Assembly: GCF_000315625.1 (NCBI RefSeq)
Contig: NW_005434626.1
Span: forward strand, 197,448 to 261,447
Reading direction: 5' to 3'
Length of the DNA stretch: 64,000 nucleotides
DNA from: Guillardia theta CCMP2712
Lineage: Eukaryota; Protista; Cryptophyta
Part shown: positions 17,173 to 30,600 of the stretch, one piece after another
Layout: every line of letters begins with the position of its first letter
Numbering within the stretch: the stretch's first letter is position 1
Translations under genes and position numbers: made by a program
The notes under the pieces: generated by a model
What the model was told of the DNA's origin: nothing
Database searches by the model: none
Seen by the model: the letters and a program-made list of their open reading frames with translations, nothing else

Positions 17173-19693
17173 TTATTTCACCCTCATCTCAGCTTCACCC
17201 TCAGCTGTCCGCAGATTGCTCCTGACCGCTCTCCATGCTTCACCTCCAGATAACACAATAGTGCGTGGCATATGAAATGCACCAATTCCGAACATAGGAA
17301 CCCCAAGAGAACCTTTCAACGGTGGAGGCGGAGGAGGAGGAGGAGGAGGAAGAGGAGGACCTAGCACAGCGGTCTTGATCATGTTGTGCATGTCGGTCAA
17401 TTTCCTCTCCAGCTCCTCCATCTGGTTCTGCATGTGCTTGATCCCGACCGCGTTCTCCGTCACCGTCAGAGCCACGTCAGTGCTGATGCCGTTGACGCTC
17501 TCAGCTCGCATCTGAGAGTAGTGCAGTGCTGCCTTGTAGAAGAGCTGCGCGGCATCATCAACTCCTCCTCCTCCTCTCCTCCCTGCTCTTCTTACCGGCT
17601 CGTAAAGGATGTTGTTCTCCCCCACACCGCTCTCGTACGCATGCTTGTTTCCTTTCTGGTGCTTCTTTGACAGCTGCGACTGGTAAGCTCGCCAGGCATG
17701 CTGGAGCATCTGAGCCGCTGCTGACTTGCGCTCCTGAGGGGAAGGAAATCAACAACAGAGAGTGCGAGGAGGAGGAGGAGGAGGAGGAGGAGGAGGAGGA
17801 AAGGAAGCAAGGGAGGAAGTTTCCAAAAGCTTCACCTGCTTGCTCCGGATATTCTCAATGAATTCCAACACCTTAGACTCATCACGTGACAGGGTGAGGC
17901 GGTCGGTGACAGCGCCGACAGCCAACGCGACCAAGACGACTAGAGCAGATGTCAGGAGGACAAGACCGAGGACGAGGCAGGATAAGATGAGAAGGGAGGC
18001 GAAGAAAACTTGAGGAACCAAAAGTTGCCCACCTGCAAGAAGAGCAGCAAAGATAGCGACATATCGGCCCATGGGCGTTTTGGGATAGATGTCTGCAAAC
18101 AATCAGTAAGCCGAGAAGACGAAATCAATGATGTTGTGAAGGTGAAAGGGAAGCATATCATTCGAACCCACCTCCGTATCCCACAGTTGTCATGGTGATG
18201 ATCACAAGCCAGACGGAGTTTTCAAACAGGTCGAGGTTCGTGTCAGGACCAATGGGACGCTCGAAGACGATGGTGGCATATGCGAGAGTCACCACAGAGA
18301 CGATAAAGAGGAAGAGGAGAGTGCTGAAGAAAGTCAAAGTCATCCTGGGGAAACCAAAAAAGGAGCTACTATATCGGAGAGGGAGCAGGGCAAGGAGAGA
18401 GAGGAGATGGAGGCAGAAGAACTTACAGCAGAGAGTCACGGAGCATCGCTTTGCCGATAAAGTGGTAGGAGATGTCCACATTGTTCATCAGACCTGTTCA
18501 CCACGAGGTCAGAGGCATCAGCTTGCTTGTAAGGTCCAACATCACCAATGAGACGCGTCTTCTCATTGCGAAGTCCTGAAGCCTCTGCAATGATCCTTGG
18601 CGTGTAGTGATACAAGCGGAGCATCATGAATACAGTGACAAACCCTGTCGAGAGCGTTACAAACCCGCCCCCCGAGCTCTTGGTCCATCACCATCACTGC
18701 TGTAGGCACAGTAGGTGTCCAAACCCCAGATGTGAACGATGTAGTTCACAAAGGGAAGCGGATGGATAAGAATGATCGCAGTCTCGATAAGAAAAGGTCT
18801 CAGCAGTCCAGACAGGATGAAAGCCTGGTCCATGCCACGATCAAACAACACTGCGTCTCGCCCCTCCACTCCCACTACCTGCAGGTAACTGGTTCCCATC
18901 ACAGTCTTCCCAGACACCTCGAGAAGTTCGAATTCCACGGCATAATACCTGAAGACATGAAAATCAAGACCACATGCTTTCACCCTTGTCACACTCACTG
19001 GAGGATGGAATAGAACAAAATGAGAGTAACTCCAGAGTTGAGCAACTTGATCAGTTGGAAGGACATCACGGGGATGTTGCGATTGTGCCACAACCTGAAT
19101 GATTGCGATCAAACCCAGCAAGACGTCATTCAAACAACAAGAGCGTACAATTCGTTCTCGATGACGGCTATCAGGATCCCAGTGAGCGCCAGGCCGATAA
19201 CCCAGACGTTGACCTTCTGGCGACGAACATCAAGTTTCTGGAGCTCCTCGCTGCCAACCAAAGTGTCATATCGATGCAAAAGAGTGGAATTCCTCTTCAT
19301 GGCAAGGCTATGCGCTTTCACTGACCATCCTCCTATCATGTTGCTCTGTCCTAAATTGTACTACGATACTCAACCCCTCTACATATGGAGGTCAAATGTA
19401 TCCACATGTACATAACACATGTTGGATGCATTCAACCAGCATCAGGCCTGCTTCTACATCTCGAAGCAATGTCGCCCGCACTTGAGCGATCGCACTCAGT
19501 TCTTACTGGGCGATTCCTCACCTCAAACAAGACTATCTCACCACCTCCCCGCGTTCTTTCACACGCACGGCGTCCCCTCTCCCCTCAGTTCGTGATTTCA
19601 CTGCATCAATGCGAGGGCATGTGCTGTGACTTACCCTCGGTTGAACGCCATGGGCTGATCCATAGCCTTCAGGGCGGCATAGTCTCCCTTCAT
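17173..19693 (-). CDS. Small-conductance Ca2+-activated K+ channel-like protein (SK/KCNN family), multi-exon
   Basis: S1 WVIGLALTGILIAVIENEL, LIETAIILIHPLP, MMLRLY, pore VWLVIITMTTVGYG|DIYPKTPMGR, ALAVGAVTDRLTLSRDE, CaM-binding-like AAAQMLQHAWRAY, C-terminal coiled coil. Start exon tentative. Confidence 0.88.
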
Positions 19694-22600
19694 GTTCTAT
19701 TTCGGCGCTCTAGACCCCGACCCTCCACCACCCCTGTTGACCTACCATGAGTACCCCACCCCATGAACCAAGAATTCATATACCCCTACTTCACAATCTA
19801 TAGTACCCCTGGTTTGTTCATTTTTAGTTATTTTTATGACCCTACCCTATCAATACAGAATATAAAAGGGGGTAGTCAGTTACTCGTCATTACTCGAATT
19901 AGAGCATGGTGTACAGGGGTAGTCGTAGCTTACCTTGGAGGTAGGGGTATATAACCCCACCCCTATTCGCGATGTTGAAGGGAAGGGTAGAGGCAGCGTG
20001 CGGGACAGATATCGTACTCTTGCCATGTCAAGGAGAAACACCGGTCATTTTATATATGAAACGGGGGGTGGGGGTAAACTCAAACCCGCCTCGGATAGTT
20101 CTTAGAACCATTGATAAAGACAGCACATTAATAATATCTAATCATTTTTGATCCAATGCAAAACTCCTTCAAAGGTGAGGCGGACATGGAATAGACCCCT
20201 GTGTCTCAAAGACAGAGCTAGTTGCCTCTGTAGTTTGGGTGGGTAGTCAAGCTATAAATGTAGGGTAGGGTAGGGTGGATATCAAAGGTCCGAAGGGGTG
20301 GGGGTACTGTGTCCTTTCGCTCGCCGACATGCTGCAGGTCTGAGAAATGATTCAGGAGGAGTGTGGAGGAGAGGAGGGGAATGGAGGGATCGAGGCAGGT
20401 TACAAACATATGATAACCTTGTGATAGAATGGAGGCAAGAAAATGAGAGAATGATAGTTGGCTGGTTCAAGTCCTTAGCTGCTTACAAGACACTTGTGAA
20501 CATAAATGCGATCTTGTGCATTTATGTTCATGCAATGTCAAGGTGTATGTACAGAGTGATCAACATTGTCTTCTTGCGTCTATATGTGTTCACCCACATT
20601 GAGATTGTCAACAATGATAAACCGATTGTGACATTGCTGGAAAGGTGAACAGAGTGAAAACATTTGATGGGAAATTGTGGACTATGTTTATACCCACGAC
20701 GAGAACAATTGAAGCTAGATGTGGAGGAATGAAACTGATATGTTCAATTTTGCGTATGTTTTCTCAAACCATGGTAGGATGAGTATAGTGGACTTCTTCT
20801 TTTGGATCGAAGGTAGTTAGGAGTTTCACAGGCTCACATGGATAAGAATAGATCGCCAAAATCAGACGTGTTTTCGGTGTTTGTGAACAAGTGTAGAAAC
20901 ATGAAATCATTGAGCTTTGAAGTTTTGAAGTGGATTCCGTGGTGGTGTCAAATGTGTGAAACACTCAAGTTGATTCCATAACTTCCTCGTGCTTTCTTCT
21001 GCACGCCATCAAGTGTAAACGTGTTATGTTAGACTAGATGAGCAGACTGCACTCATAATCACTTGTCCCTGACGGGAAAATTTATCAGATGTTGATGGGT
21101 ACGAATGTTAGTCCCTACGAACAGCCCATGGGCGCGAAGGGAAACGGTATTTGTAGCTCGAGGATCGTTGACTACAGCCCGCTCGCCCAACCATGCTCCA
21201 ACGATTTTGCCAAGTCAGGGATGTACTCGAGGCCGAATGCGTAAGTTGAGCTTGTGATGATTTGAATACACGGTGACTCCTTCACAGCATGAGCGAGTTA
21301 GAGCACTTGAGGCCTGGAATGTACTCAGGAATGAAGGGGGGTTACGATTCTTTTTGGAAGGTTCCGAACTGGGGAAATCCCTGAGTATTGCGAGCAGTTC
21401 CAAGAAATTTTTGATTTGTCATAGTAAAACATCTTCGTTGAAACATGCGTCATGACGGACATGGCAGTGACAATCAACGATCTGTGATTACTTTCATTCA
21501 GATTCGATGACGATGGCTGGGACAAGGCCGTCAAGAGGCCATTCCTGGGGAAGGTGAAACTGCAGGTGCATGGACTTGGATGCAGCCTGCGGCATGACCT
21601 TCGAGATTGTGCCAGGGAAGGGAACGTAGAGGAGAACGGGGAAGAGAGAAGGGAAGGGAGGAGTGCAGAGAGAGTGGAAGGACGAGGGAATAAGCTAGAC
21701 TGAGCATGGCGGCGCCCGTCGGACCTGACGAGTGAGCGGGTGCTCGCGAGGCCTTCAGAGTCACGATGAGCGCTGAGAGACTCGCAAGTCACTCGCCACG
21801 TGGCCGCACTGACAGAGTTGGAGCTTGAAAGGCTCGAGCGGGACTGAAGTAAAGAAGAGCTCATGGCGAATGTTTGGCTGAGACTGAATGAATGAGTACG
21901 ATGAGACATATGTGCCCGAGATTGAGAAATTCAATATCGAGGATGGTGATGACGATTCTCAGTGTGATATCCGTTATGCGAGTGTCTTGTCTGCTCTTGT
22001 GGGTAGTTGATCCGACGTCTTAGAAGCAAATGGCTAACTCAAGGTATCAGTACATTCAAAAGACCTTCAAAGAGAGGGCCTTTCGAGGAGCGATTTACCG
22101 TTCAATGGACAAGTCTGACGGAAATAAAGATGAATTTTGGATATTCGATACACACGAAAGTCTGTTGAGTTCCATGTTGCGGTGTGTGCACTGAATTGAT
22201 AAATAATTGTTGACGTCCTGCAAGAAAAAAACACACAAGAAAACTCCAGGCTCTCTTTACAGTTGGAAAGAGATATCAAGAGGAGAGCTTGAAAACGAAC
22301 CATATTGGTATCATAGTGCAAAGTGAATTCAATCATAGTGATATATAGCCGCAGAGAGACATAGCAACACGCATTGAATGCTTCTTGTATCTAATTCGTC
22401 TGTATGACATGTTCTCACCCTCGCAAATAAACGAGTTACCATCTAAAGCGGGCAATAATGTTCGTATCAAATGTCATCTAACAATAGAGGCCTGGAGCAG
22501 CGACAAGGGCTGTACCGCCGACATGAGAAGAGGGAAGCAAAGAGAAGGCGTGCGGTAGATCTACACATGCCTCCTAGCTACAGCACCAGTGGGGGATAAA

Positions 22601-23076
22601 CTTGTTGAAGAAGCGCCATGCTTGTTGCTCTTGAGCGATCTTGAAAGGTCGGATTGACACTCGGGCATAGACCGACATTGACAGATCAAACACATATCTA
22701 TCTACATGAAACCTGGTGTATACCTGTGAGAAACAATCCATGTCTTCCCGTCGACACTCTTTCAAGGTCTAAACCCTTTTCGTTATTACAAGGATAGTAC
22801 AAGGGTTCTTATGGTCGTCATGCGTTGAAACACCGTGGGTCATAACAATGTATTCATGATTTGGATCACGAAGACTTTTCTATTTCAGCACTTACAATCA
22901 TAATCATAGAGTGATAATCAGCTGAGCTGAACAAGCAACTAAAAATGTGAGTTTTGCAATTTTGCTATTCATACTCATCATGATTTCTAGCGAAAATGAT
23001 GGAGACTAAGGGGATGCCTAAACCAGCTCTTGAATGTTTGCAGGTCAATAAAATTGCATTGCGGGATTATAACGAG

Positions 23077-24336
23077 CTAATGCTCTCGAGTCCAATTCTT
23101 GACTGTCTCAGAAAGGAACGAGAGCTTCTCGGCCCCTTCAGTTTGTGACTTTCTCATGTAGACGATGGCCTCCTTTGTAATGATCTCATCTGGATTCTTC
23201 TCATTAAAGCTTGTTCGCATGTTGTGCGGCAGGTAACGATTCTTGAAATTCTGGAAGGCCTGTGGGGTTGACGGCTCGAAGGTGATTGTGTAGCCGGTCT
23301 GCATCCCGAGGTCATCGAAAGCCTTGTGCTGCGTGCACTTGAGGTAGACGGCCTTCCTGACGCCGCTGTCTAGATGAGGCAACATGATCCTCCAATACCA
23401 TATGACTTGCCGATCAAAGGAATGGAAGATCATCTCCAGCATCGTGATGAGCATCTCGTACTCGCTGACTTGCAACAACATCTCATGATTCGAATGTCGG
23501 AATATCATCTCTGAGTGATGATATCCCAGCATCTCTGCAACCTCATCGCCTAACTTGAGTCGCCTGCAATGCGCCAGGTTGGCCTTGTCGAACTCAATGG
23601 AAATCCACCGACCATGACCCCAGTGCGCGTTCGACGAAAATAGATCAAACCAATCGGATGCACCACTGGAGGATCTGTCGGAGCACTTCTGATTGTCGTC
23701 GAGATGCAGGTCATGGGAGAGCCTTCCATACTCTTGCATCTTGTGAAGCTTGGCCGCTTCTTCCCCTAAAATGCTCAGGTTTGTGAAGGCAGTGGACTTG
23801 GCGGTTTCGATCGCTTCGTCCATGGCCATCTTCAAATCCAGAGGCAATATCCTGAAAGCCCTGAAAACAATCGACGCGTTCAATCCGAGCTCCCAGAGTG
23901 GTCGCACCAATGCGATGTTGACTCCCACTTGTATGCACGCATGTCTGAGGGACTCTAGGGCGATGTCTTGATCCTTTGTCTCCTGGAACAACGCTTCTTG
24001 CGCACTACAAATCGTCGTATAACACGGAGCAGTAGTAGACTCCGCTTGACATCTGGCGCTCGTCCCGGCAACGATACACATGGCACATGGCCGTACGTTG
24101 CTGCATTTCCGCTTCTTCAGTCGGCACTCTGAGCAGGAGTTGGTAATATACTTGGATCGCTTGCGTCGAGGCAAGAGCTCGACTTGGAAGCCCTCCATGC
24201 AAGGGTGCAATTGATAATGTAGAGCCCAATCGCCAGGGTCGGCGACAGTGACCGACACGCTTGTCATGGCATCCAGCGATTGTGCGAGGTGATTTGCCGT
24301 CTTCCTGTTGAGCTTAGACAGTCTCTCCGACATCAT
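23077..24336 (-). CDS. Zn(II)2Cys6 binuclear-cluster transcription-factor-like protein, intronless
   Basis: SCSECRLKKRKCSNVRPCAMCIVAGTSARC matches the C-x2-C-x6-C-x5-C-x2-C-x8-C pattern and is preceded by basic RRKRSK. Confidence 0.82.
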   Translation of the reverse strand: MMSERLSKLNRKTANHLAQSLDAMTSVSVTVADPGDWALHYQLHPCMEGFQVELLPRRKRSKYITNSCSECRLKKRKCSNVRPCAMCIVAGTSARCQAESTTAPCYTTICSAQEALFQETKDQDIALESLRHACIQVGVNIALVRPLWELGLNASIVFRAFRILPLDLKMAMDEAIETAKSTAFTNLSILGEEAAKLHKMQEYGRLSHDLHLDDNQKCSDRSSSGASDWFDLFSSNAHWGHGRWISIEFDKANLAHCRRLKLGDEVAEMLGYHHSEMIFRHSNHEMLLQVSEYEMLITMLEMIFHSFDRQVIWYWRIMLPHLDSGVRKAVYLKCTQHKAFDDLGMQTGYTITFEPSTPQAFQNFKNRYLPHNMRTSFNEKNPDEIITKEAIVYMRKSQTEGAEKLSFLSETVKNWTREH

Positions 24337-25944
24337 CAGACACCAGTCATCGTGATCTGTTTTTGGCAGTTTAGAGGAAGACCAGCAACAAGCAGAGGGA
24401 ATGATTGACCTGCTATAGTTCGTTTTACTCCGCTCTTGGTTCTTGTCATGTTGGCTCGATTGTTTAGGTAAACCTGCGATTGTTCGTTCAACACATCGTG
24501 GACAACAGGCACAGAGTTTCCATCTCGTGATGGTAATGAGCAATACAAATATGAGAATGTTTCAATTATGAATCCCATAGTTATAGAGAGTGTACTAGTG
24601 CGCTTTTGTAAAGCGAGGAGCAGTGGTGATGTGTGTTGCAAGCTCAAAATCGAAGAAAGGCCATCGCAACAAGAACAAGACGAGGTGGACAGGCATAGGA
24701 ACGGAGGAGAGAACAAGGGAGGACGTTGGTGGCGGACGAAGGGAATGGCCTTGCCTGGAGGAGCGCGACTGCTGCTGCGGCGTCGGAGGAGTAAGGAAAT
24801 TGCAGGGCGGAGTGGATCTTTACAATACAGGGGGGGAGGTAGGCAGATAGACAATATAATAATATTATCACCCACCCTCCGGTAGTGAAATATTTGTACC
24901 CCACCCCACTCCTGGCCCAAATTTAAAAACATAGTTTTACTCTTAACGCAACAAAAAAAAATGAAGAAGGGCAGAAGAGGGTGATTTGCTGGGACAAGTG
25001 GGGTAATATGAGGTGGTGAATGAGGATACAAGTACCCCACCCCTCCTGTAGCCCTGAAAAAAGAGGCTGTTTACTACTACCATTACCACCCCCGGATCCG
25101 CTACACCCCTGTTTCATCAACTGTAAGACAGAAGGCTTTCTGGTAATCAGGTTTTCCTGAGAGGAAATGCTGCCCACAGCTATCCCTAGAGTCTAGCAGG
25201 TGCGTGAGCTCGATTTGGTATACAAATGCTCCGAGGCTCTGCGATCAGATTTGCACTTCCGAAGTCGCACCCCTGGGTCCTCCGAAAAAAAAGTCTTATT
25301 ACTGTTATTAAATCGGTTTTGTTATCTTTTGGCGGGTCCGGTACCTGTCTATCGGTTTCGATGCTCTCAGTAACAAAAACCTTGAGATACGCCCGACAAC
25401 GCTCTTTACTACACTATTTACATTTGGCGTGTCGGCATGTTGTCACGTTACGTTCGGCTAGGCCAATTATTTTTTTCGGAGGTCCACCGGTGTCAGCAAG
25501 TCACGTAGCGGATCAGATCGGATCCTAGAGAGACAACCCCACTCAACGGGGTCTGCCACGGAAATCCTCTCGAGTCGATGACCATTTGACCGACTTGTTC
25601 TCCTTGTCATGGTGCAATCTGTCCGTCAGCAATCGCATTGCAGCCGCTGGTCGGACTTGAAATGCCAATCGACGCAGTTTGCTGTCCGGCCGGCGCCCTG
25701 GCGGGGGCCCCGCGTGATCGGACCGCGTTTGGCGCTGTCAGCCGCTTGCGGAGTTTTCCGATGAATTCTGAGGCAGGCCGCGCCCTCGCTAGTGACTAGG
25801 CTGATCTAAAACTAGCCCGGTAGTAGAGTAGGCCACCGTCGGCAATCACGGCACCAACCAGGCTTTGAGTAAACAAGTAGGTACGGTACCATGATACGCC
25901 GCAAAGTAACTCATCCTGCACTACCGCTCACCATGTGACAGTTT

Positions 25945-26554
25945 CGTACTGATTGTTTACTTAACTTTGACTGAAGAGTTTAAAACTAGGGCTTGACTTG
26001 AAGGTTCCGACGAGTCACGTCCGACAGTCCTCGACCGTCTCGGCAGTGGCATTGTCCTCGTACGGTACTGATTTTTAACTTAACTTTGAGTAAAGAAATC
26101 CGGTCGCGACAAAACTTAAAGCCTGAAAGTTGAAAGAAAAACGAAGAATAGGCCGCAACGTTCAACGGAGGCCGCCGGCGGGGCCCCTCAGTGACGGTGG
26201 GGGGCCCGGCCGCACTGTACCGGGGGGGGGGGGGGGGGGGGGGGGTGGGCTGCCCCCGGGCCCGGCTCGACCGGAGCCTAGTGCATCCGATGATCATCGA
26301 TCATACTACGGACGGTACCGTCGTGATCAGTGGGTCATTAGGACTCACGGATGTCCTCAAACGGTTAAGTTAAAAATCATTACGAGGACTCGGACAGCCT
26401 CGGACGCTCGGACCGTACCGGCGGTCGAGTCCTCCGGTGACTGTCCGATACGGTCAGTCGCACACACAGGCCATACGGCGTCTTCAAAAGACAGCGAGAC
26501 TGAGAACCGTAACCAGCGCCGGGCCGGGGCCCCCGGGCGGCCCTCATCCTGCCG
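25945..26554. repeat. Cluster of dispersed-repeat copies (AT-rich terminal-like motif x3) in a GC-rich patch with a G24 run
   Basis: GTACTGATTTTTAACTTAACTTTGAGTAAA at 26065-26094, degenerate copy at 25945-25970, inverted copy at 26356-26389; poly-G at 26222-26245. Confidence 0.75.
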
Positions 26555-27670
26555 GCCTCCGGACTGCTCACGTCATCGGATGATCGCAGGAAGATGCTGC
26601 ACTGATTCATTGCCAGACCTCACAGTGTCATCCGTACCGTAGAATCAGCTGATCTTAGGATCAGCTGATCTTATCAGCGCAGCTCACAGGTTTTGCTTCG
26701 CCCTCCGAGGCTCCTCCTCTCCTGCAGCCCAGAGATAGGAAGGTTGTCGGACTCTGAGCCGCTAGTGCTAGGTGGTGCCTCGTCCTGGTATTCTGAGGTT
26801 CTTTCAATCTCGATGAGGACGATTCTGAGCCATCAGAGTCTGCCGCTATGTACATGCAGTGCCTTGTCTCATGACTTGATCGTGTGCTAGTTGTGTCATA
26901 TTGTGGCTCCTCCTCTCTCCGAAGGGCCGTCCAGGATCACCCCGAAGCTTTACGGGTTGCAGACGACAAAGCGAATGCTCAAGGCACCTCCACTGGATCA
27001 CACACACAGGTGAAGAGTAAACATATGAAGTTTAGTTGACTACACAAACGTACTTTCGATTCGACCACCTTAGCAGTTGTTGACGATTCTCTTATAGTCG
27101 AGGGGAACCACCAGGGGTGGTGAGGCTTGCCTCTTGCACGAGTGAGCATCCCTCGTGCATCTTCTTAGATCTGCTGACTGCTCCTCCTCGAGGTTCATCC
27201 GATCGTACCAATACAGGAGATACCCAGCACCCGTGCTTTGCACTCTGTCGCCCAACAGGCTTCTTTTGCTGCCCGCTCCTGCTCACTAAGATTCCTTCCT
27301 GCGAAGGCTTGAGCGTGCCTTCGCAGAGCTCTGATAGATCAGACTGAACCCCGCTGGACAGCTGTACCTTCGTATCAGGAACATTCTTTTCTATCCAAAG
27401 AAGGAGTCGAGGTAAAGAGAAGGGATGAACTCGGACATTGCAGTGCTCAAGACACAGGGCACAGTAGCCGAGTTTATACTTGCTACTAACACAACCACAT
27501 CTCCCCTAAGTGTGCTCCACCAGCGTCCTTAATCTATTGCTCTTGCAAGAGGCCCCGCAGATGCCAGCAGGTGAGGGTGCAGCGGCAGGGCTGCCTCAGG
27601 GTCAACTGCTCCACCTGAGTTCTTGCCCAACTTGCCTAACTGACCATTTCGCAGTTTACAACGCCTGCCA

Positions 27671-30600
27671 CTACTCGATACCCAGGCCTGAGAGGTACTC
27701 CAACACATCCGAGTGACCTCCTTGTCTTGCCGCATGCGTACAGGTCCGATACCTGCTGTTATTACTTGTCTCCCTTAGCAGTTCCTCCCCGCATGTCTCC
27801 GCGAGGTATCGCACTACCTCCACGTGCCCTTCCGCACTCGCCGCAAGCGCACATGTCCAGCCATCTCCTCTCGCTTCTCTCAGCAGCTCCTTCCCGCATG
27901 TCTCCTCAAGATAACACAGCACCTCCACGTGCCCTGCGGAACTCGCTAGAAGCGCGCATGTCCAGCCATTATTGTCCTTCTCTCTCAGAAGCTCCTTCCC
28001 GCATGTCTCCCCAAGATACCGCACTACCTCAACGTGCCCTTCCACACACGCTACATGCACACATGTCCTGCTGTTATTACTTGTCTTCCTCAGCAGCTCT
28101 TCCCCGCATGTCTCCGCGAGATACCGCACTACCTCAACGTGCCCTCTCTCACTCGCCGCATGCGCACATGTAGAGCCAACATTGTCTGTCGCCCTCAGCA
28201 GATCCTCCCCGCATGTCTCAGCGAGGTATCGCACTACCTCCACGTGCCCTTCCGCACTCGCGACACGCGCGCATGTGCTTCCGACATCGTCTGTCTCCAG
28301 CACAATGTTTTTCAGAGTCTCTTTCCCGCAATGTTTCTCAACCGTCTTCAGCACCTCTACATGCCCGTATGCTGCCGCCCAATACACGAAGGTCTTACCT
28401 GTTTCATCCTTCGCTCCTACCTCTGCTCCCGCCACTATCAGCTCCCTGACGCTCTGTGATCTCCCCAGCATCCCCGCTACATGCAGCCCTGTCCTCCCGT
28501 CCTCCATACGCTCGTCCATGTCGCATCCAGCCGTTTTCAGAAGTGCGATCAGCTCGCCTTGTCCTCGTATGACCGCTGTGACTGTCGGCGGCTCCCCGCG
28601 CTGGTCTGACGTTAAGATCCGCAAGCCGTACATCTCGCACAGTCTCTTGCTCTGCTCTTGACTGGCCTCATCGCCTGCTGATGTCCGCGAGCTGATTTTG
28701 TACATCAGACCCGCCATCGTCTTCCAGTACACCTTCTGCATGCTCTCTTGTACAATATCGCAACATCGATAGTCCCCCTCAGTGTCTTCGATCCAGTGTC
28801 TGATCTTGTTCATTGCCATGTCCTTGACTCGATTCGACAGCTCAATCGCCTCCTTGTAACTTGACTCCTCGTTGTACCACTCAGCCTCCCTCTCTCTACT
28901 CCTCTTGACGAGGCCCCAACACTCCTCTTCGATCGATCGAACAAGGCCGTAATGATAATCCAAAGCCGAGTCATGTGATGCCGTCCTCAGCCGCTTTTGA
29001 ATCCTCCCCTCCCACCCCTTTACGTCTCGAATTATCTCCCTCGCGAGGTTCTCCATCAGCCCCACGTACAGCTGCTTCCTCTTCCCCACAAAGTCCTCGA
29101 TCGTCAAGCTCATCGTGTTCGCGTTGATCTTCAGCTCCAGCACCTTCACCCGCCTCCCCTCTACCTCCCTGTACCGCGGCTTCTTCACTACTTCCAAGTA
29201 CGATAGCGGCGGATACAAGATCTCCCCCTCCCCTGGGTACTGAGACACAAAAGTCAAGCTTGCCCCCCGGTCGATCGCCCCGCAGCTGATCTCGAACAAG
29301 GTCGACTCTCCCTCCTCCCCGGCGTACTGCATCGCCGTCCTGACGTCTGTAGTCGTGCTCAGCAGCCCGTACTCGACTCCTCCGGACACCCCGAGCTCGT
29401 CCTCGTTGAGGAAGCTCTCCGGCAGCCTCATCCCCTTCAGCCCCCTCCACACTCGTAGGCCCTCGGGCAGAGGCGTGTGACGAGACAGCTTGACGATGCC
29501 GCTGACGATGCAGTGGATGGTCGTCGTGTATTTGTTGGGGATCTTGTTCAAGTGTCGGAGGAGCTCTTTGGGAGCTCGAAGAACAGAGTTGTACTTGAAG
29601 TACATCGGTCCTGTCATAGCAAGGCTCTTGTCAGCCATCTCACAGGCTCTTATGCCCCGTTCTTACAAGATGCTCCTTCTCCATCTCTATCTCCTACCTG
29701 TATAGAGCTGCAGCGCGATCAGCTCCGCATCCTGGAGCTTCGCCTTGATTGCCGTCTTGAGCTGTTTCAGATCCTCGATCCCTCGGATGACTCGAATCCC
29801 GTCCGACAGCCTCCGCCTCCTCTCGGGGTCTGAGACGTTGAGCCACTCCTCCTTTGCTGTCGTCCTGATGTTGTAGTTGCTCGTCGTAAACGCTTCCTCC
29901 GCGTCCTCGCCCTTGCAGTGCTCCTCCTCTATCGCTTTCATCAGTTCCGTCTGAGGTAGCCCGATCCGGTCCGTTAGCCCCCCGTAGTACTCCTCGATCT
30001 TCCCGTACACGGCCTCGCGTACCTCCCCGCTGCCTGTACCGTCTGACTCATTCACCGCAAACTTGCTGTTGTGCGACGTCAGACCGTCTCCTCCCGCCCG
30101 CCCTCCTGCCTCCGCCGGCCTCCTCAGCGCCTCCGCAAGCCTCCCTGCTATCGCCGTCTGCCATAGAGCCGATAGAGCGCTCTCCGTCATCCCCTGTAGC
30201 CCCGCAAGAGGACTCGCCGCGCTCCCGCCGGGGATGCACTCCGCCATGACTCGGAGGATGTTGAGGTCGTCGAGGCTGCTGGCCTTGCGCTCGAGCTCCC
30301 ACTCTATTGCGACTCTGACCTCGTAGTCCTCGTACGAGAGCCTGTCAAGGCCTGTGTGCTGCATGAGGGCCGACACATCGACGCCGAGAGAGCAAAGGAG
30401 CTTGTTGTTGAGGAAATTGAATCGCAGCGAGTCATCGGACATGCCGATCAGCTCGCGCAGAGCAGATTTGATCTCGTCGGTCAAACGCCATTCCCCGGCT
30501 CCCGATGGCCTCACCTGCGTCTTGTCTGATGACTTGAGGCTGGAAATGCTTGGCGGGATCGTCTCTACGTCTCCTTGAGACGCTGGGAGGTCATTGACAG

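Noticed and set aside
26065-26383. A single 320-bp MITE bounded by the inverted motif pair
   Set aside because: Homology with the 60.56-kb copy extends outward from the pair, so these look like back-to-back ends of two elements rather than one element's TIRs.
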